Positions 11,053-21,366 are shown, counted from the stretch's first letter. The stretch is DNA of 39,820 nucleotides from Leidyana gryllorum EB-2025a (GCA_048772705.1 JBLWGC010000062.1:1-39820); one strand, 5' to 3'. A program made the numbers and translations. Notes: generated from the letters alone by a model not told the origin.

Positions 11053-11104
11053 ACACGCATCGTTCAGGCAAGCATCACGGAATCTAGAGCGGAAGACGAT
11101 CTAT

Positions 11105-11176
11105 CTCCGAGACCGGGAATCGAACTCGGGTCTTCCGCGTGACAGGCGGAAATACTAACCACCATAGTATCTCGGT
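11105..11176 (-). tRNA. trnD: tRNA-Asp(GTC), slightly decayed
   Basis: TCCGC CT GTC AC GCGGA. Confidence 0.7.
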
Positions 11177-11271
11177 GGCTCACAAACACACCGGCCTTCA
11201 ACCCCAAAAGTCCTCCCTTCTCGAGACTTCACGAACAGAAAACGTGTAAAGTGGCGAGCCAAGAACACTTC

Positions 11272-11351
11272 GGCAAGATGGCCGAGTGGTCTAAGGCGCT
11301 GTGTTAAGGCCGCAGTCCGAAAGGGCGTGGGTTCGAATCCCACTCTTGTCA
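11272..11351 (+). tRNA. trnL: tRNA-Leu(AAG)
   Basis: Intact; variable arm. Confidence 0.9.
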
Positions 11352-11411
11352 GCCGTTGTATCGGCACTCGGTCAGCCACTGGATGCAGAAGGTTTTCCAT
11401 GTAGAGCGGAT

Positions 11412-11484
11412 GGGCGGCTAGCTCAGATGGTAGAGCGCTCGCTTTGCATGCGAGAGGTACTGGGATCGATACCCAGGTCGTCCA
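11412..11484 (+). tRNA. trnA: tRNA-Ala(TGC)
   Basis: Intact; G3:U70; eukaryotic GATCG T-loop. Confidence 0.9.
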
Positions 11485-11558
11485 AACTCGGTAGTGCGAC
11501 CTGCCGGTAGTTAAATACAGAGTTGCGACCTCTAACAGAGCGTCGCATATCGCAGCTC

Positions 11559-11632
11559 CCGGCACCGCTAGGCTTCGAGACTGCGACTTTGTGGTAAACA
11601 GCTACACGCTTTGGCGACTGAGCTACAAGAGC
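11559..11632 (-). pseudogene. trnN: tRNA-Asn, decayed
   Basis: Homologous to 22177. Confidence 0.55.
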
Positions 11633-11764
11633 TACAAGACCTGCAATGTTTTTCCAAGCGAGGAAAAATCATATCTGCAGACCAAACAGCCCCCTGGTCG
11701 CGCCTCGTGCCGAAGCTTGTCAGCGTCTCTGTCAATCTGCCACGGCTGTTTGAGGCGTGCCTCC

Positions 11765-11835
11765 TGCGTCTGCCGGGAATCGTACCTGGGTCGTCTCGAT
11801 GGCAACGAGACATTCTACCAATAGACCACAGATGC
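11765..11835 (-). tRNA. trnG: tRNA-Gly(GCC), few mismatches
   Basis: TCTCG TT GCC AT CGAGA. Confidence 0.7.
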
Positions 11836-11931
11836 ATGACTCCTTGTTGTTCAAGCTCGTGCACAATAACGGCCGTTTTGTATCAAACGAGAAGACAGAA
11901 TCTAGTTGAGCGAGTATGACGGGTGCTTTGT

Positions 11932-12003
11932 GGGTACGTAGCTCAGTGGCAGAGCAGCTGACTGCAGATCAGCAAGTCCGTGGTTCAACTCCGCGCGTGC
12001 CCT
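11932..12003 (+). tRNA. trnC: tRNA-Cys(GCA)
   Basis: GCTGA CT GCA GA TCAGC; U73. Confidence 0.9.
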
Positions 12004-12153
12004 AGAGATGACCTGAAGGTTGAAGATGTTGGAAATCCATCCCTGACCACATGCCAATGAGTCTGAAGTCGGTGGACAATTTTGGGTGTATGGCGGACGG
12101 TGGCGCGCAGAAATCGCCCGAGTGTCTCGGGGTGCTGCAACTCTTTCGCAATT

Positions 12154-12224
12154 GCACTTATGGTCTAAGGGTAAGATGCGACCCTTCCAAGGTCGTAACC
12201 CGGGTTCGAGTCCCGGCAGGTGCA
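12154..12224 (+). tRNA. trnG: tRNA-Gly(TCC)
   Basis: CGACC CT TCC AA GGTCG. Confidence 0.8.
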
Positions 12225-12294
12225 GCCGTATGTAGCTCGAACGACCTGTCTATCAGTGAAGAGAGGGGACTACCTACCAATACGATACAACGGC

Positions 12295-12374
12295 TGACAA
12301 GAGTGGGATTCGAACCCACGCCCTTTCGGACTACGGCCTGAACACAGCGCCTTAAACCACTCGGCCATCTTGCC
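12295..12374 (-). tRNA. trnL: tRNA-Leu(CAG)
   Basis: Same body as 11272 with loop TT CAG GC. Confidence 0.85.
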
Positions 12375-12618
12375 GGAGCGTTCTTGGCTCGCCACTTTAC
12401 ACGTTTTCTGTCCGTGAAGTTCTCGAGAAGGAAGACTTCTAGGGTTGAAGACGCGGAAGACGCGGGTTCGATGCCGTGTCTAAACTCACCTCTCGCCTGC
12501 CAAGTCACCGCTCTACCACTTGAGATAGCCGCCCACCCGCCAAACCTAGGTGAACTTCCATTCTGACCGACTCACAGTTCTTTGGCGCCTCATTCGTCAG
12601 TGCAACTGTTGTGACTCG

Positions 12619-12691
12619 TCCACTGTAGTCTAAGTGGCTAGGATATGCGGCTCTCACCCGCACGATCCGGGTTCAAGTCCCGGCAGTGGAA
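12619..12691 (+). tRNA. trnE: tRNA-Glu(CTC)
   Basis: Intact cloverleaf. Confidence 0.9.
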
Positions 12692-12767
12692 GTCATTAGA
12701 GTACTCGATCAAAGTGCTCTGATAACTTGTGTCAATAGGGACTGATGCGTGACTCCCGGCTTGCATT

Positions 12768-12839
12768 GCCTTCTTAGCTTAGGGGCAGAGCATTCGTTTA
12801 GTAAGCGAAGGGTCGCCGGTTCAACTCCGGCAGAAGGCT
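12768..12839 (+). tRNA. trnT: tRNA-Thr(AGT)
   Basis: Cloverleaf. Confidence 0.8.
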
Positions 12840-12938
12840 TTGCTCACAAGCTTAAGCTTTTCGGGCTGGTCTCTCGGTCTCGATAACGACCTGCAGGCCT
12901 TTTCTGCCCCCATTCGTCAGTGCACCTTTGGTGACGTG

Positions 12939-13275
12939 TCCACTATGGTCTCGGTGGCTAGTATATGCGGCGCCAACCCGCACCATCCCGGTTCGAGTCG
13001 CGGCAGCGCAAATGCAGCTGGGTGTGCTTGTAGGCAACATACTGCATTCTTACTCCCCAGCCCACTCGTCCGCACCGCCCACGGGACTTCACTCTGCGAC
13101 TGCAAGATTAAGAGGCTCGCGCTCCACCGACTGAGCTAGGACGACAAGGAAACTCTGAACTAAGTGACACTCTATTTGCCTCAGGGTGGAGTCATGCAAG
13201 TCATTGGGCAGGTCGACCGGAGTCCTTAGTATTTTCGCGCGTCACGCGGAAGACCTGGGTTCGACTGCCGGTCTT
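12939..13275. pseudogene. Decayed Glu (+, 12939-13011), Lys (-, 13073-13145) and Asp fragment (+, ~13225-13275)
   Basis: Diverged copy of the Glu-Lys cassette. Confidence 0.6.
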
Positions 13276-13458
13276 ACAGCACAGCTCGTTCCGCTTTAGA
13301 CTTCGTTTGGTGCTCACTCAAAAGGTGCGGTTCGGGAGCAAACCTCGATGTCCAAGGGTCACACGACAGGCGTTCGCTCACTTGGTACAGCATCTGACTG
13401 CGGCGGGTACGGCAGGTAGTCGACCGTTCCATTCCCTCCCGCGACACTTGCCTCCTTA

Positions 13459-13539
13459 TGCGAGAAGTGGGGTTCGAACCCACGCGGAATTAACCAGTGG
13501 ATCTTAAGGCCACCCCCTTAACCTCTCGGGCATTCTCGC
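13459..13539 (-). tRNA. trnL: tRNA-Leu(TAA)
   Basis: Long variable arm; CT TAA GA loop. Confidence 0.8.
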
Positions 13540-14252
13540 AATGCAGCGTCGAAATAAGTAGTCTGGGGTTTCTGCGGGTAGCCAGTGCCCTTTCAAGGCG
13601 GGAGAAAGATACTCACGACCATGTGAGTGGGGTCTGAAAATAGCGCCTTACCCACTAGGGCATCTTGCCACATACTGGTAGGCGCAAGTCTGCATCGGTG
13701 CGGGTCCCATTCTGCGCAACGGTACTCATTTCAGGACGAATTAGCCATCACTTCGACTTTACGGCTGTACGTAGCCGGTTGTATCCCCCTTCCCATTCGG
13801 CCTCTTGGTCGTCGGTTGACCCGACTTCCTCCACTTGGAGGAAGTGCTCAAATTCGATTCCCGAACAGTCCGTTTTTTAGTAGGGTGCAGACTGCCCTAC
13901 CGAAGTGGGCTAACGAGGTGGCTGTATTGGTTCTGAGGGCAACTTGTCCCAATTATATCACGAGCACTTCAACTCGACATGCGCAGCAGTGGCCCCATAC
14001 AGCTAGCAAGCTTGCCTCGGTCGAAACGGAACGTCTTCGGCGTGCGAGGCTATGATGCGAGTTGGGGCGGCAAGGAAGCTCGCCCTGTACCAGGCGAAGG
14101 CCCGGCGAAGGCCCAAGATTTTACGATCAATACAAATGGAATTGGTTACTAAGTCCGAATCTGTATCAGAGATCCACTCACTTGATCACGCCGACATACC
14201 ATTTTTTCCAAGACGGTACGGCTCTCGGCCGAAGCCCCAACTCAACCAGTCG

Positions 14253-14325
14253 TCCACTGTAGTCTAAGTGGCTAGGATATGCGGCTTTCACCCGCACGAT
14301 CCGGGTACAAGTCCCGGGAGTGGAA
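14253..14325 (+). tRNA. trnE: tRNA-Glu(TTC), T-loop mutated
   Basis: CT TTC AC loop; GTACAA instead of GTTCAA. Confidence 0.65.
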
Positions 14326-14374
14326 ATCCAGCAGAGTGTGGTTGTAGGTAACGGCTTCCAGAGACATTGATTTG

Positions 14375-14447
14375 CACCCCCCGTGGGGCTCGAACCCGCG
14401 ACTGCAAGATTGAAAGTCTTGCGCTCTACGGACTGAGCTAGGGCGGC
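14375..14447 (-). pseudogene. trnK: tRNA-Lys body with TTC anticodon
   Basis: CAAGA CT TTC AA TCTTG; D-loop GG lost. Confidence 0.7.
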
Positions 14448-14548
14448 AACGAAGCTCTAAACTGAGTTACACCCTATTTGCCGTTGGGTGGAGCCCTGGA
14501 TCCGTTCGACCGGTGGAACAATGAGCTTCAGTAACTTCCGTTAACATT

Positions 14549-14619
14549 GCCTTCTTAGCTGGTGGCAGAGCATTCGCTTTGTAAGCGAAAGGTCGCCAGT
14601 TCGATTCCGCCAGAAGGCT
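14549..14619 (+). pseudogene. trnT: tRNA-Thr(TGT), decayed
   Basis: T-stem mismatches. Confidence 0.7.
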
Positions 14620-14712
14620 TTGCTCACGCACTTAGGCTTTTCTGACTGGTCTCTCAGTCTCGATAAGGATCTGAGAGGTTTGGAGGGGAATTGCAATGCA
14701 CTTTAGATTGAT

Positions 14713-14784
14713 TGTCCAAGCCAGGAATCGAGCCTGGGTTTGCACGGCCACAACGTGCTGTCCTAACCACTAGACGACTCGGAC
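14713..14784 (-). tRNA. trnH: tRNA-His(GTG)
   Basis: GCACG TT GTG GC CGTGC. Confidence 0.85.
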
Positions 14785-15034
14785 AAATCTTTGAGCGAGG
14801 CTGTAGAGGTAGCGAAGCATCGATCAGGATGGGAGTTGCAAGAAGTCTACTCCTCAACTTCGGGTGGGACGGAATTTACTCGTGGAATATCTGATGCCAC
14901 CACTACAGTCAGATACGTTACCATCTAAGCACCCCGGGCCGTGAGAGTCCTTCGGGGCGGCACACCGCAGTTAGAACGACATCGGCGGTCGCAACGGAAG
15001 CCATTAACACTTTGGAACTCAGAAGGAAAGTAAT

Positions 15035-15118
15035 GCACAGATGCCCGAGTGGTCTAAGGGGCCAGACTCAAGTTCTGGTAGGCGCAAGTCTGCATGGGTT
15101 CGAATCCCATTCTGTGCA
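15035..15118 (+). tRNA. trnL: tRNA-Leu(CAA)
   Basis: CCAGA CT CAA GT TCTGG; long variable arm. Confidence 0.9.
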
Positions 15119-15205
15119 ACGGCGATCATCCCAAAAAAAGCTCGAACCGGCCACAGTAGATTCGAATCTGCATTTGTATATCCGGTTGCATGCACCCAAG
15201 TATTC

Positions 15206-15275
15206 GGCTGTTGCTCGGCTGGTATAATCCTTCCTCAGAGTGGAAGGAGTCCTGGGTTCGATTCCAGAACAGCCC
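15206..15275 (+). pseudogene. trnP: tRNA-Pro, decayed
   Basis: Pro T arm retained. Confidence 0.6.
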
Positions 15276-15416
15276 TATTGGTCGTCGTTTGACTTGACCG
15301 GACATGTTGCCCTCAGAACCAACACAGCCACCTCGTTAGCCCGCTTCGGTAGGGCAGTCAGGGCAACTAACATCTCGAGGATCCCATTTCGGCTACCTCT
15401 TCCATGTTGCAGACTG

Positions 15417-15488
15417 AGCAGTGTAGCTCAGTGGAAGAGTGTTAGGCTCATAACGCCAAGGTCCGTCGATCGAAACGACGCACTGCTA
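15417..15488 (+). tRNA. trnM: Initiator tRNA-Met(CAT), anticodon stem poorly paired
   Basis: A1:U72 and GATCGAAAC T-loop (A54/A60) are eukaryotic initiator hallmarks. Confidence 0.75.
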
Positions 15489-15536
15489 AGTGTGCGCAGA
15501 AGGGAACAGTTGCAGGATAGATTGGCTCGTGAGCCA

Positions 15537-15607
15537 AGCCTTCTGCCCGAATCGAACCGGCGACCTTTCACTTACTAAGCGAATGCTCTGCCCCAAGCTA
15601 AGAAGGC
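15537..15607 (-). pseudogene. trnT: tRNA-Thr(AGT), decayed
   Basis: 1-nt deletion and mismatches. Confidence 0.7.
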
Positions 15608-15735
15608 AATGTTAACTGGACATCACGAATGAGTCCCTATTGACGGAAGTTACTGAAGCACATTGTTCCACCACTCAATACTTCCACGGATCCACCCACC
15701 GGCAAATAGGGTGTAACTAAGTCTAGAGCTTCCTT

Positions 15736-15808
15736 GCCGCCCTCGCTCAGTCGGTAGAGCGCAAGACTCTTAATCTTGCAGTCGCGGGTTCGAGCCCCGC
15801 GGGCGGTG
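15736..15808 (+). tRNA. trnK: tRNA-Lys(CTT)
   Basis: CAAGA CT CTT AA TCTTG. Confidence 0.85.
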
Positions 15809-15868
15809 TGGATCTATATCCTTGGAAGTAAGAATGGAACTGTTGCCTGCAAGCACACTCAGCTGGAT

Positions 15869-15941
15869 TTCCACTGCCGGGACTTGAACCCGGATCGTGC
15901 GGGTGAGAGCCGCATATCCTAGCCACTTAGACTACAGTGGA
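15869..15941 (-). tRNA. trnE: tRNA-Glu(CTC)
   Basis: Intact. Confidence 0.9.
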
Positions 15942-16056
15942 CAACTCCCTCATCTGCAGCTTTAGCCGAGAGCCGTACCCTCTTGACAAGACGTGGTTGC
16001 AATCCTGCGGTACAAAAAGGAGGATGTCTATACTAACCTGTGAATCATTGTAGCTG

Positions 16057-16129
16057 GGTCTTGTAGCTCAGTCGGCAGAGCGTGTGGCTGTTAACCACAA
16101 AGTCGCAGGTTCGAAACCTGCCAGGACCG
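16057..16129 (+). tRNA. trnN: tRNA-Asn(GTT)
   Basis: TGTGG CT GTT AA CCACA; same sequence as 22177, 24788, 33544. Confidence 0.92.
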
Positions 16130-16243
16130 GTTTCAGAGGCACACTAAACACTGACTGCGCTGCTCTCCCAATGGCACTTGTGGTCTGCGACTCTTCAAAG
16201 ATGTAAGTTTGTTTGGATCCTGCCACGTGCAGCCTATGTACTT

Positions 16244-16316
16244 TGGACGACCTGGGTATCGATCCCAGTACCTCTCGCATGCGAAGCGAGCGCACTACCA
16301 TCTGAGCTAGCCGCCC
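16244..16316 (-). tRNA. trnA: tRNA-Ala(CGC)
   Basis: Cloverleaf, one D-stem mismatch. Confidence 0.8.
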
Positions 16317-16376
16317 ATGCGCTCTACATGGAAGACCTATTGCATCCAGTGGCTGACCGATGGCCGATAAAACGGC

Positions 16377-16456
16377 TGACAAGAGTGGGATTCGAACCCA
16401 CGCCCTTTCGGACTGCGGCCTTAACACAGCGCCTTGGACCACTCGGCCATCTTGCC
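16377..16456 (-). tRNA. trnL: tRNA-Leu(AAG)
   Basis: Intact. Confidence 0.9.
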
Positions 16457-16683
16457 GGAGTGTTCTTGGCTCGCCACTTTACACGTTTTCTGTTCGTGAA
16501 GTCTCGAGAAGGAAGGCTTTTCTCACGGCCCGGGGTGCTTAGATGGCAACCCATCTGATGGTAGTGGTGGCATCAGCTATTCGACGAGGAAATTCCGTCC
16601 GCCGGGAGTTGAGGAGTGGACTTCTTACAACGCATTCCATCCTGATCGATGCTTCGCTACCTCTACAGCCTCGCTCAGAGATT

Positions 16684-16755
16684 GTCCGAGTCGTCTAGTG
16701 GTTAGGACAGCACGTTGTGGCCGTGCAAACCCAGGCTCGATTCCTGGCTCGGACA
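16684..16755 (+). tRNA. trnH: tRNA-His(GTG)
   Basis: Intact. Confidence 0.88.
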
Positions 16756-16830
16756 AGCAGTCTAAAGTGCATTGCTCTTCGCCCCGGTTGAAAATATTGT
16801 TGCAGCCATGGTCAAGCCTGTACGATCGGC

Positions 16831-16901
16831 TGCACCTGCCGGGACTCGAACCCGGGCTGCGAGCATGGGAAGCTCGCATCCTACCCTTGGACCACAAGTG
16901 C
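16831..16901 (-). tRNA. trnG: tRNA-Gly(CCC)
   Basis: Same sequence as 9791. Confidence 0.88.
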
Positions 16902-17088
16902 ACTCGAGAAAGAGCTCCAGCACCCCGAGACTCGGCCGCAGTCTGCGTTGAGCTAGTGGGTGGGCAGGTTCCAGTCTGCGACTTTGTGGCTAAGAGACTT
17001 ACCCTCTGGTGGCTGAACTACGAGGCTCGGCTAAGATGATTGGAGCTTGAGAGACTTAAGCTTTGCAGGTGCCCAGTCGATGCAGTCA

Positions 17089-17160
17089 AGCCTCCTGCCG
17101 GAATCGACCCGGCGACCTTTCGCTTACTAAGCGAATGCTCTGCCCCTAAGCTAAGAAGGC
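17089..17160 (-). tRNA. trnT: tRNA-Thr(AGT)
   Basis: TTCGC TT AGT AA GCGAA. Confidence 0.78.
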
Positions 17161-17236
17161 ACTGTAAGCCGGAGATAACGAAAGAATGGCTATTCACGGA
17201 GATTAGTGTGGCACTTTGGTCGACTAGTTCAATGAC

Positions 17237-17309
17237 TTCCACTGCCGGGACTTGAACCCGGATTGTGCGGGTGAAAGCCACATATCCTAGCCACTTAGAC
17301 TACAGTGGA
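17237..17309 (-). tRNA. trnE: tRNA-Glu(TTC)
   Basis: Cloverleaf. Confidence 0.82.
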
Positions 17310-17478
17310 CACGTGCTCGAGTTGAGGCTTCGGCCGAGAGCCGTATCGTCTTGGAAAGAATGGTATGTCGGCCTGACCAAGTGAATAAATCTCTGACACA
17401 GATTCGGACTTCGTAACAAATTCCATTTGTATTGATCGTGGAATCTTGGGCCTTCCTGGGTACAGGGCGAGCTTTTTT

Positions 17479-17551
17479 GCCGCCCCAACTCCGTCGGTAG
17501 AGCGCCAGACTTTTTAAGGGAAAACCGCGGCTTCGCGCCGCGCGAGCAGTC
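17479..17551 (+). pseudogene. trnK: tRNA-Lys(TTT), decayed (paralogs ~20505-20577 - and ~34875-34947 +)
   Basis: GTCGGTAGAGCG..GACTTTT. Confidence 0.5.
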
Positions 17552-17732
17552 CTAGTCAAGCTTGCTGAACCGTATGTGAAGCCACAGGGCGCAAGATGTG
17601 CTGGATCTACACTAGTTCCTCACTCGGGCAAGTTGGCAACTGTCGATTCCGTCATGCTGCGAGGAGCGAGGAGTGGGCTCACATACGGCCGCGATAAGTG
17701 CTTATCTTCACCGCCTTCCATGACTATTTACC

Positions 17733-17805
17733 GCCTCGGTAGCTCAGTTGGGAGAGCGCCAGACTGAAGATCTGGAAGTCCCGTGTTCGATCCACGGCCG
17801 AGGCA
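17733..17805 (+). tRNA. trnF: tRNA-Phe(GAA)
   Basis: CCAGA CT GAA GA TCTGG; intact. Confidence 0.92.
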
Positions 17806-17915
17806 AAGAGGTTGTGACATTCGGTGTCATTCCTCGCACCCGTCCGAGCCTTCTGCCCTCCATCAGATACCTGTTTCCAGAGACACACGCCGCTTTCACA
17901 GTCCGGAAGCTCCGT

Positions 17916-17988
17916 GCAGCCATGGTCTAGTGGTTACGACGTCTGCTTCACACGCAGAAGTTCCCGAGTTCGATCCTTGGTGGCTGTA
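17916..17988 (+). tRNA. trnV: tRNA-Val(CAC)
   Basis: Val body with TT CAC AC loop. Confidence 0.8.
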
Positions 17989-18042
17989 GCTCGCAACTTT
18001 CAGCGAGAACCAAAGGAGAGAATCTAAGCGAAACCAACTGTG

Positions 18043-18113
18043 CTCCGAGAGCGGGATCGAACCCGGATCTTCCGCGTGACAGGCGGAAATACTAACCACT
18101 ATACTATCTCGGA
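18043..18113 (-). tRNA. trnD: tRNA-Asp(GTC), T-arm decayed
   Basis: Anticodon arm intact. Confidence 0.68.
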
Positions 18114-18205
18114 CGCTCCGAACACGCCGGCCTCCACCACAAAAGTCCTTCCATTTTGAGATTCCAAGGATAGAAAACGCGTGGAGCGGCGAGCCAACAA
18201 CGTCC

Positions 18206-18291
18206 GGTGAAGATGGCCGAGTGGTCTAAGGCGCTGTGCTCAGAGCGGAGTCCGAAAGGGCGTGGGTTCGAATCCCAATTTTATTTTGTCA
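18206..18291 (+). pseudogene. trnL: tRNA-Leu(CAG), decayed
   Basis: Indels in acceptor stem. Confidence 0.65.
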
Positions 18292-18325
18292 GATTGCGCC
18301 CTAAACGGGAAAAACATAGTCTGAT

Positions 18326-18397
18326 TGAGCCCAGAGTGATTCGAACACCCAACCTTCTGATCTGGAGTCAGACGCGCTACCGTTGCGCCGTAGGCTC
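18326..18397 (-). tRNA. trnW: tRNA-Trp(CCA)
   Basis: TCTGA CT CCA GA TCAGA. Confidence 0.85.
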
Positions 18398-18466
18398 AAA
18401 ACCATCCCCATTGCCTTGTGGTCAGGAATTGAGGTCCAACATCTCCGATCGTTCCAAACCATCTTC

Positions 18467-18538
18467 AGGGCACGCGCGGAGTTGAACCACGGACTTGCTG
18501 ATCTGCAGTTAGCTGCTCTACCACTGAGCTACGTACCC
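18467..18538 (-). tRNA. trnC: tRNA-Cys(GCA)
   Basis: Paralog of 11932. Confidence 0.82.
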
Positions 18539-18692
18539 AGAACTGCCCCCCATACTCGCTCAACTCGATTCTGTTTTCTCATTCGAAGCAAAACGGTCCT
18601 GTACATCGTGACCACTATACCATGGCTGCACGGAAGGTCCCGCAGACCAAGAGAAGTAGTGAGGCTTCACACAGCAGTGAGAACTAGTAGCG

Positions 18693-18764
18693 AGGTCGCG
18701 CCGGGAATTGAACCCAGGTCGGGAGATTCAAAGTCTCTAGTGCTAACCACTACACCACGAAACC
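18693..18764 (-). tRNA. trnQ: tRNA-Gln(TTG)
   Basis: CT TTG AA loop; cloverleaf with 2 mismatches. Confidence 0.78.
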
Positions 18765-18945
18765 ATTCACGACCAAGCTTCGAAAGAGTGAATGAAGCCA
18801 TTGGGACTGGAGATAAATGCGGTTCAGAGCTCGAAGGTCTGCGTACCATTGAGACCACGCGCGGTCAATACGAGGCGCTTCAAATCCGGGTAAATGTAGA
18901 AAGATAGCATGACGAGTTGCTCGGCGATGCAAACTCGACGGAGCG

Positions 18946-19018
18946 TGGGAGTGGAGAGAATCGAACTCTCGACTCCAGGATTATGAGACGTACGCGCTAC
19001 CGACTGCGCTACACTCCC
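18946..19018 (-). tRNA. trnM: Elongator tRNA-Met(CAT)
   Basis: CT CAT AA loop; G1:C72. Confidence 0.75.
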
Positions 19019-19153
19019 TAGTGAAACTTTTTTCGATGCATCTCCTCATGTCAAAAGGGTGCACGGGGATGCTGGGTCCACAACAAGGACAGACAGCTGA
19101 GACAAAATCTGAGTTGCAGCAGTTGTGAGGGGCTGGAAGCCCACAACTTTCCC

Positions 19154-19226
19154 AGACGCTACTGGGACTCGAACCCAGAATCCCCGGTTCCGTAGACCGA
19201 TGCCATATCCATTAGGCCATAGCGCC
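19154..19226 (-). tRNA. trnR: tRNA-Arg(ACG)
   Basis: Same sequence as 8462. Confidence 0.85.
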
Positions 19227-19487
19227 GGCAAGAGTTTTTTATTCGAGACTGCCGGGACTCGAACCCGGGCTCCAAGCATGGGAAGCTCGCATCCTACCCT
19301 TGGACTTCTACCCGAGACTCGGGCGCAGTTTGCGTTGACGTTGTGGGTGCGTCACACTACTGCAGGTTCCAAACCTGCGACTGTGTGGCTAGAAGACTTA
19401 TCCTCTGCCGACGGAGCTAACAGACTCAGCTAGGCTGATTGGAGCTCGGAACACTCAAGCTTTGCAGCTTCCCAGTCGATGCAGTCC

Positions 19488-19559
19488 AGCCTTCTGCCGC
19501 AATCGAACCAGCGACCTTTCGCTTACAAAGCGAATGCTCTGCCTCTAAGCTAAGAAGGC
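19488..19559 (-). tRNA. trnT: tRNA-Thr(TGT)
   Basis: TT TGT AA loop; T-stem mismatch. Confidence 0.72.
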
Positions 19560-19758
19560 TTCCCCTGTGTCGATCCATATGAGGGTTTGATGCTGGAAAT
19601 AGCATCAGCTCAACCACAGGATTCATGCGTAAGTTGGTGTCTGACCCCTCCAATCATATCGCACGACAACTGCTGGATCTGCACTAGTTCCTCACTCGGG
19701 CAAGTTGGCAACTGTCGATTCCGTCATGTGGCGAGGAGTGGCCCCACACCTGAAGATT

Positions 19759-19830
19759 GTCCGAATCGTCTAGTGGTTAGGACAGCACGTTGTGGCCGTG
19801 CAAACCCAGGCTCGATTCCTGGCTCGGACA
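19759..19830 (+). tRNA. trnH: tRNA-His(GTG)
   Basis: Cloverleaf. Confidence 0.82.
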
Positions 19831-19912
19831 GTATGTCTCTGGAGTCTCGGATGGAAACTCTTGACGACAACGCTTGATCCCAACACACTCTCATTTGACG
19901 CCCCCATTGATC

Positions 19913-19985
19913 GGCGGTATGGCCCAATGGATGTGGCGTCGGTCCACGGAACTGGGGATTGTGGGATCGAGTCCCAGTAGCGTCT
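19913..19985 (+). pseudogene. trnR: tRNA-Arg(ACG), decayed
   Basis: Shares lesions with 25754. Confidence 0.7.
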
Positions 19986-20132
19986 GGGCGAGTGGTCGGG
20001 TTTTAGCCCCTCACAACTGATGCAAATCAGATTTTGTCTCAGCTGCTAGACTTCATGCGGGATTGTACGGGGTAGGAGCCGCATATCTTAGCCAACCTTG
20101 GAGAGACGCTGAGTGAGACAACAATTGTAAGA

Positions 20133-20200
20133 CGTGCTGTTGTGGGAATCGAGCCCAGACTCCTTCCACCCAAGGAAGGAACATACTAGACCAAACAGCC
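20133..20200 (-). pseudogene. trnP: tRNA-Pro(TGG), decayed
   Basis: D-loop deletion. Confidence 0.6.
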
Positions 20201-20287
20201 GAACGGATGGTGGTGCAACTATGCTATGAAGAATCACGAAATGCTGTGGCGTCTGCACACCGAGCGACTAGCGCAACAAGTTATTAC

Positions 20288-20358
20288 GCATCTGTGGTCT
20301 AGTGGTAGAATGTCTCGTTGCCATCGAGACGACCCGGGTTCGATTCCCGGCAGATGCA
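20288..20358 (+). tRNA. trnG: tRNA-Gly(GCC)
   Basis: Intact cloverleaf. Confidence 0.92.
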
Positions 20359-20384
20359 CAGGAGATGGCACCCGGTTGATTGTG

Positions 20385-20441
20385 CCCACGCCAGGCCCAG
20401 TAAATTTCTAGTCTACCGCCTAACCACTCGGGCAAGTTGCC
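20385..20441 (-). pseudogene. trnS: tRNA-Ser(AGA), 3'-truncated
   Basis: Ser(TGA)-type body with CT AGA AA loop. Confidence 0.6.
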
Positions 20442-20675
20442 ACCTGTCGAACTCGGCATTTTGCGGCCAGTGCCGTCACATACGGTTCAACAAGCTTGAC
20501 TCGGACTTCTCGCGCTGCCCGAACCTGCGGTTTCCCATCAAAAGTCTTGCGCTCTACCGACGGACTTGGGGCGGCGACGAAGCTCGGACTTAGTAACAAA
20601 TTCCATTCGTATTGATCGTTGAATCTTGGGCCTTCCTCGGGCACAGGGCAAAGTTGTATCAGAGATGCACTCACT

Positions 20676-20749
20676 TGGTCACGCCCGGACTCCAACCGGG
20701 GACTCAGAACTTATTAGGCTCACCCTATCGCCGCCTGAAATACGCGACC
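20676..20749 (-). pseudogene. trnI: tRNA-Ile(AAT), decayed
   Basis: CTAATAA loop; inverted paralog of 34704. Confidence 0.5.
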
Positions 20750-20952
20750 GCTTCAGAGTTGAGGTGAACAGTCACTAGCCGAAGGAGCCGACTGATGTGT
20801 TCAGCAAAGCCTTATGATTGGTACTGAACCGGCCACTCCGACCTTCGTCCACCCCGCCAAGCAGTCATTCCAAAGGCAAATACTGACATCGAGAAGGGGC
20901 ACTCCCAATTCGCACGGGATTCCCGATGGAATGTGTAGCCCGTTCCACTCTC

Positions 20953-21034
20953 GGCAAGGTGGCCGAGTGGTTAAGGCGGCGGCCTGCTAAGCCGTTGGGT
21001 TTCACCCGCGTGAGTTCGAATCTCACCCTTGTCG
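20953..21034 (+). tRNA. trnS: tRNA-Ser(GCT)
   Basis: GCGGC CT GCT AA GCCGT; intact long variable arm. Confidence 0.92.
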
Positions 21035-21105
21035 GTTGCATTTGAGAAATAGCGCAACTGCGTGTGTCCAGTTGAGGAACAGACTCTTCTGGGATGGGCT
21101 GAGCC

Positions 21106-21177
21106 GGTTGCGTCGTGTAGTGGTTAGCACTGGAGACTCTGAATCTCCCGACCTGGGTTCGATTCGCGGCGCGACCT
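21106..21177 (+). tRNA. trnQ: tRNA-Gln(CTG)
   Basis: GGAGA CT CTG AA TCTCC. Confidence 0.78.
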
Positions 21178-21239
21178 TGGAACTGGTCCTCACTACTCCC
21201 TGAAACTTCGCCATGTCTTGGGCTGCGGGGACCATCCGT

Positions 21240-21311
21240 GCAGCAATGGTCTAGTGGTTACGACGTCTGCTTCGCACGCAGAAGTCCCGATTTCGATCCT
21301 CGGTGGCTGTA
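21240..21311 (+). pseudogene. trnV: tRNA-Val body with CGC anticodon
   Basis: Val body, TT CGC AC loop, extra mismatches. Confidence 0.7.
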
Positions 21312-21366
21312 GCTCGCAACTTTCAGCAAGAACCGAAGCAGAGAATTTCAAGCGAAACCACCTGCG

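Noticed and set aside
12939-13011. tRNA-Trp(CCA) call from the loop CGCCAAC
   Set aside because: The body and flanks are those of a heavily decayed tRNA-Glu.
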